Counted from the first letter of the stretch, positions 9,966 to 20,380 are shown. The stretch is DNA of 64,000 nt from Candidatus Nitrosopelagicus sp. (GCA_028242535.1 JAOJYB010000005.1:992-64991); one strand, 5' to 3'. Made by a program: numbers and translations. The notes: generated by a model from the letters alone, not told the origin.

Positions 9966-10253
9966 ATGTTAGACGAAATTACATTAGGAATAGTTGCAAT
10001 ATTAGCAGGAATTTTGATCTTGATAGGCTGGGTGCCTCAAATTATTCAGGGGTATAAAACGAAGAAATTAGAAGATGTTTCAAAATATCTAGTTATATCG
10101 ATATTTGCTGGAGCCGCGTTATGGCTTGTTTATGGTATTGAAGTAGATGACATTTACATTATTGGGGTAAATATTGCAGCAATGTTTCTAACAATGACAG
10201 TTCTCATAATGAAGCTAAAATATGAGAAACTCTCCAAATCAATTAGGAAATAA
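9966..10253 (+). CDS. SemiSWEET / PQ-loop family membrane protein
   Basis: Three TM segments, WVPQ motif, WLVYG, N-x in TM3. Confidence 0.85.
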   Translation: MLDEITLGIVAILAGILILIGWVPQIIQGYKTKKLEDVSKYLVISIFAGAALWLVYGIEVDDIYIIGVNIAAMFLTMTVLIMKLKYEKLSKSIRK

Positions 10254-10254
10254 T

Positions 10255-10917
10255 ATGTTTATCATAAATTGTAAAAATTACAATGAAATTGCAGGAGATA
10301 AAATTATTAAAATTGCAAAAACTGCAGAGAAAATTTCAAGAAAATATAAAATCCCCATAGCCATAGCACCCCCACATCATCTCATTCCATTAATTACAAA
10401 ATTTAAGATTATGATTTTAGCACAACATATGGATGATAAAAAAGTAGGCAGTACGACAGGTTTCATGGTGCCAGAAATTGTTAAAAAATCAAAAATTGAC
10501 GGGTCCATAATTAATCACAGCGAACATAGAATTTCTGAAAAAGAAATTAAATCACTTGTGAAACGTCTACAAAAATTAAAATTAAAGACAGTTTTATGTG
10601 TAAAAAATGTTAACGAGGCAAAAAAATATGCAAAACTTAATCCAACATTTATTGCAATCGAACCTCCAGAACTAATCGGTACAGGTAGAGCAATTTCTAC
10701 AGAAAGACCAGCTTTAATTACAAATGCAGTACAAGCAGTAAAAAATGCTAGGAATTCAACAAAACTTTTGTGTGGTGCAGGAATTGTTTCAGGTCAAGAT
10801 GTATCAAAAGCAAAAGAGCTTGGCTCGAAAGGAATTCTTGTTGCAAGTGGAATTGTCAAAGCAAAAAATTGGGAGAAAATAATCTCCGAATTTTGTAAGG
10901 GTTTAAAAAGCCAGTAA
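10255..10917 (+). CDS. tpiA: Triosephosphate isomerase, archaeal type
   Basis: INCKNY, NHSEHR, IEPPELIGTG, CGAGI. Confidence 0.96.
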   Translation: MFIINCKNYNEIAGDKIIKIAKTAEKISRKYKIPIAIAPPHHLIPLITKFKIMILAQHMDDKKVGSTTGFMVPEIVKKSKIDGSIINHSEHRISEKEIKSLVKRLQKLKLKTVLCVKNVNEAKKYAKLNPTFIAIEPPELIGTGRAISTERPALITNAVQAVKNARNSTKLLCGAGIVSGQDVSKAKELGSKGILVASGIVKAKNWEKIISEFCKGLKSQ

Positions 10918-10933
10918 ATCGACAAAATTTTGC

Positions 10934-13591
10934 ATGGTAAAAAGTAAACCAGTTTATGCATTTGAAGAAGCAGATAGTAAAAATAGAATGTTACTAGGAG
11001 GAAAAGGTGCAGGATTAAGCGAAATGACGCGTCTAAAACTTCCAGTACCATCAGGATTTACCATAACAACAGAGGTTTGTAACAAGTATTATGATAATGA
11101 TAGGAAACTTTCAAAAGATGTGATGCCACAAGTAATGAAAAATATTGCAAAGATGGAAAAAAAGACAGGTAAAAAATGGAATTCAACAAAAAACCCACTC
11201 TTAGTATCAGTTCGTTCTGGAGCCGCAATCTCAATGCCAGGAATGATGGATACAATTTTGAATTTAGGATTAAATGAAAAAACAGTAGAGGGATTTGCAC
11301 AGCAAACAAAGAATCCCAGATTCTCATGGGATTCATACAGAAGATTTATTCAATTATTTGGCAAAGTTGTGTTTGGAGTAAATGATGAGAAATTTGATCA
11401 CGTTTTAGATTCTGCAAAAAATAAACAAGGAGTAACTGACGATAGTAAACTAAGTGTTGAATCACTAAAGAAAATTGTTTCAGAATACAAGAAAATTTGT
11501 GAAAAACATACAAAAAGAAAGTTTCCAGACACACCTAATGAACAATTAAGGTTAGCAATTGAAGCAGTATTCAAAAGCTGGATGGGAGAAAGAGCAGTTG
11601 TTTATAGAGAGAAAAATGGCATTACAAAAGATATTGCAAATGGAACTGCAGTAAATGTTGTTACAATGGTCTTCGGAAACATGGGAGATGATAGTGCAAC
11701 AGGAGTTGTATTTACAAGAAATGGAAGTGATGGCAAAAGAGAGATTGAAGGGGAATACCTAATCAATGCACAAGGCGAAGATGTTGTTGCAGGAGTTCGA
11801 ACAGGAAAGAATGTAGATTTATTAAAAAAAGAAATGCCAAAATCTTATAAAGAGTTGAGTAATGCATGTGCAAAATTAGAAAAACATTTCAGAGAACCGC
11901 AAGACATTGAATTCACTATAGAACAAGGAAAATTCTATCTTTTACAGACAAGAACTGCAAAAATGAGTGCAGGTGCACTAATAAAAACATCAGTTGACAT
12001 GGTTAAAGAAAAATTAATTGATAAAAATAAAGCATTAACAAGAATTCCAGCACAGCAATTAGAAGCACTACTTCATAGAACGATGGATGAAACAAAAATA
12101 AAAGAACATAAAAGATTAGCAAAGGGAATTGCAGCATCACCGGGAGCTGCAAATGGCATTGCAATTTTTAATGTAAAAAAAGCAATCGAACTAGGTGAAG
12201 CAGGAAAGAAGGTCATTTTAATCAGAAAAGAGACAAAACCAGAAGACGTACCAGCCTTTTTCTCAGCAGAAGGAATTTTGACTAGCCTTGGTGGAAAATC
12301 ATCACATGCATCAATCGTATCAAGAGGAATGGGCAAACCATGTATCGTAGGATGTGCAGAATTAAAAATTGATTATGATAATAATACATGCACGGCAAAC
12401 GGCATTAAAGTGAAAGAAGGAGAAACAATAACAATTGATGGAAGTATGGGAACAGTTTTCATCGGAGAGGTACCAACAGTTGAACCAAAAGTAACAAAAG
12501 ATTTTCAAACGATTCTTAGATGGGCACAAAATGCAAAACAATTAGGAATACGTGCAAATGCAGACACCCCAGATGCAGCAAGATTAGCAAGAAAGTATGG
12601 CGCAGAAGGAATCGGGTTATGTAGAACAGAAAGAATGTTCAATGAAACAAACAGAATTGGATTATTTGTCGAGATGATTATGGCAGAATCATTAGATAAA
12701 AGAAAAATTGTTCTTAAAAAATTACAAGAATTACAAAAAAGTGACTTTATTGAAATCCTAAAGGCTATGGAAGGATACAAAGTTACAATCAGGCTGTTAG
12801 ACCCACCATTACATGAATTTTTACCAAACCCAGAAGAATTGATGGATAAAATTTACAAAGAAAAGGACAACAGTGTAGCAACAAAACGAGTGTTAGATAG
12901 AGCACGAGAACTAGCAGAAATTAACCCAATGATGGGGCATAGAGGAGTTAGAGTTGGAATTACATATCCAGAAATTTATAGAATGCAAATTACAGCAGTT
13001 TTTGAAGCAGCTGCAGAACTCACAAAAAAGAAAATCAATGCAAAACCACAGATAATGATCCCACAGGTTGGAAGTTTGGCAGAATTAAACTATATCAAAT
13101 CAATTTATGATGATGTCAAAAAACAGATGCAACAAAAACATAAGATGAAATTTCAGATAAGCTTTGGAACAATGCTTGAAGTTGTTCGTGCATGTCTTAC
13201 ATCAGATGAATTAGTGAACACCGCAGAATTTTTCAGCTTTGGAACAAATGATTTGACACAAGCAGTATTTAGCTTTAGTAGAGAAGATGTAGAAGGAAAA
13301 TTCCTTCCAGAATATATGGAAAAAGAGCTCTTAGAAACTAGTCCATTTCAGTCAATTGATGTTAATGGTGTAGGACATCTAATGGAGATTGGAATTAAAC
13401 AAGGAAGGGATATCAAGAAGGACTTGGAGATTGGAATATGTGGAGAACATGGCGGAGACCCAAATTCCATCAAATTCTGCCATTCTGTAGACATAACCTA
13501 TGTAAGCGCATCACCACATAGAATTCCTATTGCAATAGTTGCAGCAGCACAAGCAGCAATTGAACAAAAAAAGACAAAATCTAAGAAATAG
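10934..13591 (+). CDS. ppdK: Pyruvate, phosphate dikinase
   Basis: GGKGAGL, VSVRSGA..SMPGMMDT, GGKSSHA, GIGLCRTE, FSFGTNDLTQ, CGEHGG. Confidence 0.97.
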   Translation: MVKSKPVYAFEEADSKNRMLLGGKGAGLSEMTRLKLPVPSGFTITTEVCNKYYDNDRKLSKDVMPQVMKNIAKMEKKTGKKWNSTKNPLLVSVRSGAAISMPGMMDTILNLGLNEKTVEGFAQQTKNPRFSWDSYRRFIQLFGKVVFGVNDEKFDHVLDSAKNKQGVTDDSKLSVESLKKIVSEYKKICEKHTKRKFPDTPNEQLRLAIEAVFKSWMGERAVVYREKNGITKDIANGTAVNVVTMVFGNMGDDSATGVVFTRNGSDGKREIEGEYLINAQGEDVVAGVRTGKNVDLLKKEMPKSYKELSNACAKLEKHFREPQDIEFTIEQGKFYLLQTRTAKMSAGALIKTSVDMVKEKLIDKNKALTRIPAQQLEALLHRTMDETKIKEHKRLAKGIAASPGAANGIAIFNVKKAIELGEAGKKVILIRKETKPEDVPAFFSAEGILTSLGGKSSHASIVSRGMGKPCIVGCAELKIDYDNNTCTANGIKVKEGETITIDGSMGTVFIGEVPTVEPKVTKDFQTILRWAQNAKQLGIRANADTPDAARLARKYGAEGIGLCRTERMFNETNRIGLFVEMIMAESLDKRKIVLKKLQELQKSDFIEILKAMEGYKVTIRLLDPPLHEFLPNPEELMDKIYKEKDNSVATKRVLDRARELAEINPMMGHRGVRVGITYPEIYRMQITAVFEAAAELTKKKINAKPQIMIPQVGSLAELNYIKSIYDDVKKQMQQKHKMKFQISFGTMLEVVRACLTSDELVNTAEFFSFGTNDLTQAVFSFSREDVEGKFLPEYMEKELLETSPFQSIDVNGVGHLMEIGIKQGRDIKKDLEIGICGEHGGDPNSIKFCHSVDITYVSASPHRIPIAIVAAAQAAIEQKKTKSKK

Positions 13592-13592
13592 A

Positions 13593-13802
13593 TTAGCCAA
13601 AGATTATACTTTGAATTTGTTGGACAAACAATACCACATATTCATACGTATGCAACATAAAATCTTCACTGGTGTATAGATCATGAGAATGGGTTTCCAT
13701 CAAATCTATTGTGACATGAGGATGAGCATCAGCAAAGGAAGCAAATCCTATAGCAAATACTCCGATCACCAATAGTCCAAGAAGTGGAGAATACTTCATC
13801 AT
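13593..13802 (-). CDS. Small secreted His-containing protein
   Basis: Signal peptide ending ADA, followed by HPH...HSH. Confidence 0.6.
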   Translation of the reverse strand: MMKYSPLLGLLVIGVFAIGFASFADAHPHVTIDLMETHSHDLYTSEDFMLHTYEYVVLFVQQIQSIIFG

Positions 13803-13863
13803 AATTCATGAGAGACTCAAGTACATTAGTTTTGTGAAGATCAGAATTAACTAAGATTGGAAG

Positions 13864-14226
13864 TTATACGGAGATTGATTTTTGAATAAGTTTAACTATT
13901 TTAAATGGAATTTCGTCGAATGATTTTCGTTTATCCATAGATACCAATAAAACATTTTTCCCCATTGGATAGCTCATTACAATTAGTTTTTCACGATACG
14001 AGAGAGTAAAGTGTACATGTCCAAAATCAGCATCAAATTCCTGTCTCATCTTTACACGCAATGCGAGTTCCATGTATAACATTTCATCCCTTTTTTCATC
14101 TTCTAGAGATTTGACTTTTGTAACCATACCTCCAGCAATAAGGCGCCCACGATGATTTATGAGACCCGAAAAGCGAATTTTGGGGGCAATTTTGGCGATT
14201 TTAGCGCATAATTCGTCATTCTCCAT
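13864..14226 (-). CDS. Thaumarchaeal roadblock/profilin-like protein (DUF6659-like)
   Basis: IRFSGLIN..GRLIAGG, LYMELALRVKMRQEFD..FG pattern. Confidence 0.75.
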   Translation of the reverse strand: MENDELCAKIAKIAPKIRFSGLINHRGRLIAGGMVTKVKSLEDEKRDEMLYMELALRVKMRQEFDADFGHVHFTLSYREKLIVMSYPMGKNVLLVSMDKRKSFDEIPFKIVKLIQKSISV

Positions 14227-14287
14227 GATACCAATAGTGAATACAAATAGAACTATTTATTGCGATCGGTTTTCTAGAAAGTTCTTC

Positions 14288-14860
14288 ATGGAAAAACCGC
14301 TTGATAACATGTTTGATTATTACAAACATACATCGATGTTTTGGAATGATATGATATCCATGATGGCATCAAAACCAGCATCATTAACAGCTGTAGGACC
14401 ACTAAGAAATTTTACAGAAAACATAAAGAAAATTTCTCAAGAATTAATAGAGTCAAATCAAGAAATTGTAAATTTTAACACATACCTTATGGAATATTAC
14501 AAACAGTTAGGAGAAACATGGGCAGATTCACAGAAAAAAGTTATGTCGAAAGTTTCAGAAATTCCACAGGATGCAGAATCAACAGAGGCGTACAAGAGAG
14601 TTTGGATTGATATGTTTGAAAATGATTTTACTCAGTTATTCGATACAGAAAGTTTTTCCAAAAATTATAATAAATTAGTTTCAACAGAAATGCAATTACT
14701 CAAGAGATGGAATACAATCATGGATATAATGCTCAAATCAGCAAATATGCCAACGAAAGAAGAAATTGATGAGATTTATCAAGAATTATTCAGTCTAAAG
14801 AAGCAGATTAAAAAATTAGATTCATCAAAAAAGAGAAGAGATGTGAAAAATGACTCTTGA
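14288..14860 (+). CDS. phaE: Class III PHA synthase subunit PhaE
   Basis: Helical protein with YKRVWIDMFE..F and NMPTKEEIDEIYQEL; overlaps the phaC start. Confidence 0.88.
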   Translation: MEKPLDNMFDYYKHTSMFWNDMISMMASKPASLTAVGPLRNFTENIKKISQELIESNQEIVNFNTYLMEYYKQLGETWADSQKKVMSKVSEIPQDAESTEAYKRVWIDMFENDFTQLFDTESFSKNYNKLVSTEMQLLKRWNTIMDIMLKSANMPTKEEIDEIYQELFSLKKQIKKLDSSKKRRDVKNDS

Positions 14861-15917
14861 GACTAGTGTAAACGAATCCATCATAGGAGATTTTCTGAAT
14901 TTTAACAGAAATATTGCAGAAATACCATCAAGAATTTCAGTTCCTCATGAGGTAAAAATGGACACATGTGAATATGATGTAGTCTATGAAGAAGACCGAA
15001 TCAGAATGCTACATTACAAACCTCTTACATCAAAGCAGATTAAAACACCTTTAGTAATTTCATATGCAATTGTAAATAGATATCATATTTTTGATATAGA
15101 TCCTAAGAAAAGTTGGATTCGAAACTTACTTGAAAGTGGAATTGATGTATACATGATTGATTGGGGAACACCGACTAAGCTGGATAAATTTTTAGGATTC
15201 GATGAATATGTAAATGATTATCTTGACAATTGTATTGAGGATGTATGTGATCGTTCAAGTGTAGATAAAGTTTCATTGCAAGGATATTGTACTGGAGGTA
15301 CACTTGCGACAGTGTATTCTGCATTGCATCCAGAAAAAGTGAAAAATCTTGTTGCAACTGCACCAGTCATAGACGGATGGAAAGATACAACGGTCATCAG
15401 CAACATTGCAAAAAATTTTGACGTTGACACAATGGTAGACGTGGTAGGAAATATGCCACCGGAATTCATCTATTATTGCTTTTCAATTCTAAAGCCATTT
15501 GAACAGGGAATTGAGAAATATTTGAAATTTTTCCAAAATTTAGATAATGAAAAATATGTGAATAGTTTCCTAAAAATTGAGAAGTGGCTTGCCGAGACCC
15601 CTCCAATTCCAGGAGAGTTATTCAAACAGTGGATTAAAGGAATTTATCAAGAGAATCTTCTTGCACGAGATAAAATGTTTGTAGGCAATCAACATGTATC
15701 TTTAAAAAACATTACAATGCCAGTTTTCACACAAGTGGCAGTTGGAGACCATTTGGTATCACCAGAATGCAGTATGCCATTGCATTATGCAGTAGGCTCA
15801 GATGACAAAAATTTGGAAATTTATCCTACAGGTCATGTAGGAATGATTGCTAGTTCATATAGTCAAAAGAATGTTTTACCAACATTAACCAAATGGATTA
15901 AAACAAGATCAGATTAG
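14850..15917 (+). CDS. phaC: Class III PHA synthase subunit PhaC
   Basis: Lipase-like box GYCTGG, IDWG, catalytic D (DHLV) and H (GHVG); 355 aa. Confidence 0.95.
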   Translation: MTLETSVNESIIGDFLNFNRNIAEIPSRISVPHEVKMDTCEYDVVYEEDRIRMLHYKPLTSKQIKTPLVISYAIVNRYHIFDIDPKKSWIRNLLESGIDVYMIDWGTPTKLDKFLGFDEYVNDYLDNCIEDVCDRSSVDKVSLQGYCTGGTLATVYSALHPEKVKNLVATAPVIDGWKDTTVISNIAKNFDVDTMVDVVGNMPPEFIYYCFSILKPFEQGIEKYLKFFQNLDNEKYVNSFLKIEKWLAETPPIPGELFKQWIKGIYQENLLARDKMFVGNQHVSLKNITMPVFTQVAVGDHLVSPECSMPLHYAVGSDDKNLEIYPTGHVGMIASSYSQKNVLPTLTKWIKTRSD

Positions 15918-15926
15918 AATTTAAAA

Positions 15927-16142
15927 TTAGTTTGAGCCCATTCTACTTGGTTCACCAGTTTTTGTTTTTGTAAAATGATCAAGTGCTTCAGCATCATCAG
16001 GTACCTGAAGAACAGATTTTTGGACTTCCAAGTTTTTTTGGAGGGATTCAACTTTTCCAGATAGAGCAGTCAAACAATCAATCATCTTTTGTGAATCATG
16101 AGTTGTAATATCTTCTTTACAGTTGAAACATATTGATGCCAT
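15927..16142 (-). CDS. Small CxxC-x6-H-x7-C protein
   Basis: CFNCKEDITTHDSQKMIDC followed by a short coiled coil. Confidence 0.7.
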   Translation of the reverse strand: MASICFNCKEDITTHDSQKMIDCLTALSGKVESLQKNLEVQKSVLQVPDDAEALDHFTKTKTGEPSRMGSN

Positions 16143-16260
16143 GATTATACAATTGTCTCATGCAATATTAACTTACAAATCCATAAAGTCATGAATTATT
16201 TGGTTTTTAATAATATAGGGTTAGGATTCATAATAAAATAGAAAAAAAGGAAATTCACAC

Positions 16261-16725
16261 TTAGTTTCTTGTTGGTGTGAATGCAGATACCCAAGATTGC
16301 ATTACATTGTTGGTTAAGTCACCAAATGCTTTTGCGTTGTTTGTGTATGTCTTAACATTTTGACGTGCTGCATCAACTGTTGCAAGTGCCATTTTGTTTT
16401 GGACATCAAAAGATTTGACTACTTGTTCACTTGTTTCATGAACTGCTTTCAATGTTGCTTCTGGGACTTTGGTATTGATTCCTGCTTTGGTTGCAAATTT
16501 TCTTTGAAACTCAATTGTGGATTCAATAGCATCATCGCATGCTTGGAGGTATTCTTGTTGTAAACTGGTAACAGATTGGTGATAACTTGGAATTGATTTC
16601 TCAACTGCGTCAAAATATTTGTCGCTTGTTTGTTTCCAACTTGAAAAAACGTCTTTTGTAGATGTGTTTTCATGGTTACCTTGGTTACCGTGGTTACCAG
16701 ATTTTACGTTGTTTTGATTACTCAT
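16261..16725 (-). CDS. phaP: Probable phasin (PHA granule-associated protein)
   Basis: 154-aa amphipathic helical, Ala/Gln/Ser-rich protein near phaEC and directly downstream of an AbrB-like gene. Confidence 0.65.
   Translation of the reverse strand: MSNQNNVKSGNHGNQGNHENTSTKDVFSSWKQTSDKYFDAVEKSIPSYHQSVTSLQQEYLQACDDAIESTIEFQRKFATKAGINTKVPEATLKAVHETSEQVVKSFDVQNKMALATVDAARQNVKTYTNNAKAFGDLTNNVMQSWVSAFTPTRN
16673..16698. repeat. Three 9-bp-period TGGTTACC repeats at the 5' end of the phasin CDS
   Basis: tggttacc t tggttacc g tggttacc; encodes GNHGNQGNH. Confidence 0.85.
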
Positions 16726-16760
16726 GAATGTATTCTACAGGTATGTGCATATATACCTAT

Positions 16761-16775
16761 TGGTAATGATTACCA
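16761..16775. promoter_or_regulatory. Palindromic operator candidate TGGTAAT-G-ATTACCA upstream of the phasin gene
   Basis: Perfect 7-bp arms, next to an ATATA promoter element 25-30 nt before the ATG. Confidence 0.6.
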
Positions 16776-16796
16776 TTCACAACCAATCTGTGGAGA

Positions 16797-17093
16797 TTAA
16801 TTGCTCTTAGATTTGATAGGAGTGATGATTATTTGGACCAAGTCGCCTTCTTCAATTCCAAGAGCGTCGCGCTCTGCTTCAGGAATGGAAATTCTGCCAT
16901 TACTTCCAACAGTAGTTTTGAATGCACCCCATAACAGAAAATTTGGCATCATATTTTGCATGTTAGTAAATGGGTTTTGCATATTAGACTGAGATTGATT
17001 CGTGTTCATGAAATTTGTTTGAGCATTTGACATGTTATCAAGCCATTGCTTATACATCTCAGAAGGATCAAATTGGTTTTTTTTGCCTGTCAT
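16797..17093 (-). CDS. AbrB/SpoVT-family regulator (PhaR-like)
   Basis: C-terminal TTVGSNGRISIPEAERDALGIEEGDLV swapped-hairpin motif; Q/N/M-rich N-terminus. Confidence 0.85.
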   Translation of the reverse strand: MTGKKNQFDPSEMYKQWLDNMSNAQTNFMNTNQSQSNMQNPFTNMQNMMPNFLLWGAFKTTVGSNGRISIPEAERDALGIEEGDLVQIIITPIKSKSN

Positions 17094-17129
17094 TGGGTAT
17101 CAATGGAAATAAGCATAAATAAATGATCG

Positions 17130-17912
17130 CTATTTGAGAAAATCAGACACAATTTTGTAGAATTTATCTGGAGCCTCAACATAAGGCGTATGACCACAGT
17201 TTTCCATCTTTACAAATCTACAGTCATCAATTTCAGAAACAAATGATTGAGCATATTTGATAGGAATGATAGGGTCATTTTCTCCCCAAATAATTAATGT
17301 GGGAGATTTTATGGAAACGAGTTTTTCAGAGATTATTTCAGCATCTTTTAATCCCAATAGTGTAGACATGAATGCCATCTTTGCATTTGGAAGCTTCATT
17401 CGCCGTACAAATCCTTTGATGGTTTTTTTATCAATATTTTTACTTCCAGACATAATTTGAAATGCATTAGATGCACTAGAATCACTTGGATATAATGCAG
17501 CCATAACATAAGCATCCAAAGCAGGAGTTGAGTGTTTCATTATTCCAGAAGGAGATATGAGAACTAGTTTTTCAACCATGGAATTATTTTGATATGCAAA
17601 TTCCGCTCCAATTTGACCTCCAAGTGAAGAACCAATTATAATTACAGAATCAATATTAAGTTTTTTAAGAAATTTTCTTATGAAATCAGATAGATAATCA
17701 GGGGTGTAATCGACTAGCGGCTTGTCACTAAGACCAAAGCCGATTAGATCAGGTACCAACACCCGATAATTTTTTGCAAATCGTGGAATCACGTGTTCCC
17801 ATCTTTCAGCAGATGCACCCAAACCATGAATTAATAAAAGATTTTCTTCAGAGGTTCCTTCCTCAATGTATCGGATCGTATTACCATCAATTTCAATGGT
17901 TTTTTCATTCAA
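17130..17912 (-). CDS. Alpha/beta hydrolase
   Basis: HGLG oxyanion region, GSSLGG nucleophile elbow, WGEND, GHTP. Confidence 0.9.
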   Translation of the reverse strand: MNEKTIEIDGNTIRYIEEGTSEENLLLIHGLGASAERWEHVIPRFAKNYRVLVPDLIGFGLSDKPLVDYTPDYLSDFIRKFLKKLNIDSVIIIGSSLGGQIGAEFAYQNNSMVEKLVLISPSGIMKHSTPALDAYVMAALYPSDSSASNAFQIMSGSKNIDKKTIKGFVRRMKLPNAKMAFMSTLLGLKDAEIISEKLVSIKSPTLIIWGENDPIIPIKYAQSFVSEIDDCRFVKMENCGHTPYVEAPDKFYKIVSDFLK

Positions 17913-17967
17913 TTATTAAAATATGTAATCGCATGATAAAAGTATGATTTTTGTGAAAAATTGCTAA

Positions 17968-19344
17968 TTACCAAACATCGTCAACTTCATCTAATTCTTT
18001 GTAATCACGAGGAGTATCTTTTTTGATGATTTTCAGACGAGATATGTCTCGTTTAAAGAATAGATCAAGGGTCCAATCAAGCCATACACGAAATTTTTTG
18101 TCAGAGCTTCTAATCTTGGAAAGATATAGATTTCTCCATAAAAGATATGCTAAAAACCCTGAAATATTAATTCCAAAAAATGAGGCGATACCCGTTCGTT
18201 TTCCTATGATTGCACTTTGACCTTTCCAAGAATAATCAAATTTAGTCATCTCACCCCCACGAACTAATTCTTTCAGATTATTTGCAGCAATTTTTGCATG
18301 GGCTTCAGCAATTTGTGCAGTAGGAGGAAAAGGCTTCATGGATAATGCAGGATCAAATATAGAACAATCGCCAATTGCGAATACCTCAGGAAATTGAGGG
18401 ACTTGAAGATACTCATTAACTAGAATTCTACCTTTGTGAGTTCGAAATAGAGATTCTTTTACTAGATCAATAGGGGTAACTCCTGCAGTCCAGACAAGAG
18501 TACGAGAAGAAATAGAGTTAATCTCTACTAATCGGGAGTGGCCCTTTTGTTGAGAAGAATCGCTCAGTAAAACTTTGTTTGATTTTGAACTACTTTTCAG
18601 TAAAACCTCTTTTCCATCAAATGAAGTTACACCAGCATCAAGAATTACATTAATCCCTCGTTCTACTAGTTTCTCCTTTGCAAAATTAGCAAGTTTTTGT
18701 GGAAAACCATTTAAAATTTCAGTGGTAGCTTCAATGAGAGTTACTTTTACATCATTTTCAGATATGCTAGGATAATATTCAGATACATCAGAAATAAAAT
18801 CATTTAGTTCACCTGCAGTTTCAACTCCTGCAAAACCACCACCAACAATCACAATTCGTAACAAAGCTTTTCGAAGTATAGGATCAGTTTCATTTTCTGC
18901 CTGCTCCAGTAAATCAATAATTCTATTTCTGAGTAAAATAGCATCATTGATAGTACTCATTTGGTATGAATTTTCTTCAACATTTTTCATTCCAAAAAAA
19001 TTAGTCTTACTACCTAATGCAACAACAAGAAAATCATAATGAATCAGCATTCCTCGATTTTCATTTGTTCCGTACAATGCAACAGATTTACCATGAGGAT
19101 CGACATACTTAATTTTTCCTTCATAGAATTTTATTTTTTTGATTAATGTTCTAATGGGAGTAACGATGTGCCTTGTCTCAATTGTGCCAGAAGCAACTTG
19201 AGGTAACATTGGAGTAAAGAGAATGAAGTTGTCTTCACTGACCAACGTAATCTCAATTTTCGAATTTGTTCCAAAGTAAGATTCAAGTTTTAAACAGCAT
19301 TCCACTCCTGCAAAACCACCACCTAATACTAAAATTCTTTTCAT
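17968..19344 (-). CDS. ndh: Type II NADH:quinone oxidoreductase
   Basis: Two GGGFAGVE Rossmann motifs, FTPMLPQVASG, WTAGV, AIGDC, PPTAQIA, C-terminal membrane anchor. Confidence 0.88.
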   Translation of the reverse strand: MKRILVLGGGFAGVECCLKLESYFGTNSKIEITLVSEDNFILFTPMLPQVASGTIETRHIVTPIRTLIKKIKFYEGKIKYVDPHGKSVALYGTNENRGMLIHYDFLVVALGSKTNFFGMKNVEENSYQMSTINDAILLRNRIIDLLEQAENETDPILRKALLRIVIVGGGFAGVETAGELNDFISDVSEYYPSISENDVKVTLIEATTEILNGFPQKLANFAKEKLVERGINVILDAGVTSFDGKEVLLKSSSKSNKVLLSDSSQQKGHSRLVEINSISSRTLVWTAGVTPIDLVKESLFRTHKGRILVNEYLQVPQFPEVFAIGDCSIFDPALSMKPFPPTAQIAEAHAKIAANNLKELVRGGEMTKFDYSWKGQSAIIGKRTGIASFFGINISGFLAYLLWRNLYLSKIRSSDKKFRVWLDWTLDLFFKRDISRLKIIKKDTPRDYKELDEVDDVW

Positions 19345-19428
19345 GTACAGAGATTTGTGTTCCGAATTAATAACGTATAGTGAAAAAAAGCATAAGAATA
19401 TCTAGTCAAAGTGTTTTTTCAAAATATC

Positions 19429-20370
19429 ATGATTACTCCAGGACGTACTGTAAAAGATGTTGAAATTACAAGAGATTCCAAGACAGACGACATATTCAGT
19501 GAATTAGGACAGGCAGGAGGATTTGAGGCAAGAAATGTTGCAGAGGGAGTAGACATTCTATACAACATGATAAGCGATGAGAAATGTACAAAATTTTTGT
19601 CATTTATCGGAGCAATTGTTTCTACAGGGTTTAGAGGGATTTTACGGGATATGATTAAGAAAAAGTGGTGTAATGTTGTAATTACAACATGTGGGGCACT
19701 AGATCATGATATTGCAAGACACTTTTCAGAATACAAAGAAGGATCATTTACAATGGATGATAGAGAACTGGCAGACCAGAATATCCACAGACTAGGAAAT
19801 GTTCTAGTACCGATGGAAAGTTATGGTCCATTAATTGAAGAAAAGGTTCAAGGAATTTTAGAAAAAGCATACAAAGAAGGCAAAAAAGAAATGTCAACTA
19901 TAGACATCAGCCGCGAATTAGGAAAAGCAATGGGAGAAGATTCTTTTTTGTACTGGGCTTACAAAAATAACATTCCAGTAGTAGTTCCAGGAATTATGGA
20001 TGGAGCAGTAGGAAGTCAAGTGTGGATGTTTTCACAAAAACATTTAGATTTTAAATTAAATATAATTGAAGATGCAAATTTTCTTTCAGGTTTGGTATTC
20101 AAGGCGAAAAAGTCAGGAGCGCTGATGCTTGGTGGAGGAGTTCCAAAACACCACACTTTGTGGTGGAACCAATACAGAGAAGGATTAGACTATGCAGTGT
20201 ATGTTACTACAGCCCAAGAATTTGATGGCAGTTTGAGCGGTGCACTAGTAAGAGAAGCAATTTCATGGGGCAAGGTTACAAAAGATGCAACAGAGACTAC
20301 GATTCATGCAGAGATAACAACTGTGTTCCCATTCATGTACAAGGCATTATTAGAAAAACTAGAAAAGTAA
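19429..20370 (+). CDS. dys: Deoxyhypusine synthase
   Basis: RLGNVLVP, GGGVPKHH, DGSLSGA..REAISWGK. Confidence 0.95.
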   Translation: MITPGRTVKDVEITRDSKTDDIFSELGQAGGFEARNVAEGVDILYNMISDEKCTKFLSFIGAIVSTGFRGILRDMIKKKWCNVVITTCGALDHDIARHFSEYKEGSFTMDDRELADQNIHRLGNVLVPMESYGPLIEEKVQGILEKAYKEGKKEMSTIDISRELGKAMGEDSFLYWAYKNNIPVVVPGIMDGAVGSQVWMFSQKHLDFKLNIIEDANFLSGLVFKAKKSGALMLGGGVPKHHTLWWNQYREGLDYAVYVTTAQEFDGSLSGALVREAISWGKVTKDATETTIHAEITTVFPFMYKALLEKLEK

Positions 20371-20380
20371 CAAGAACTCA

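Noticed and set aside
18824-19323. Identical 20-bp sequence at 18824 and 19304
   Set aside because: Encodes the two GGGFAGV Rossmann motifs of NDH-2; explained by protein constraint and codon bias
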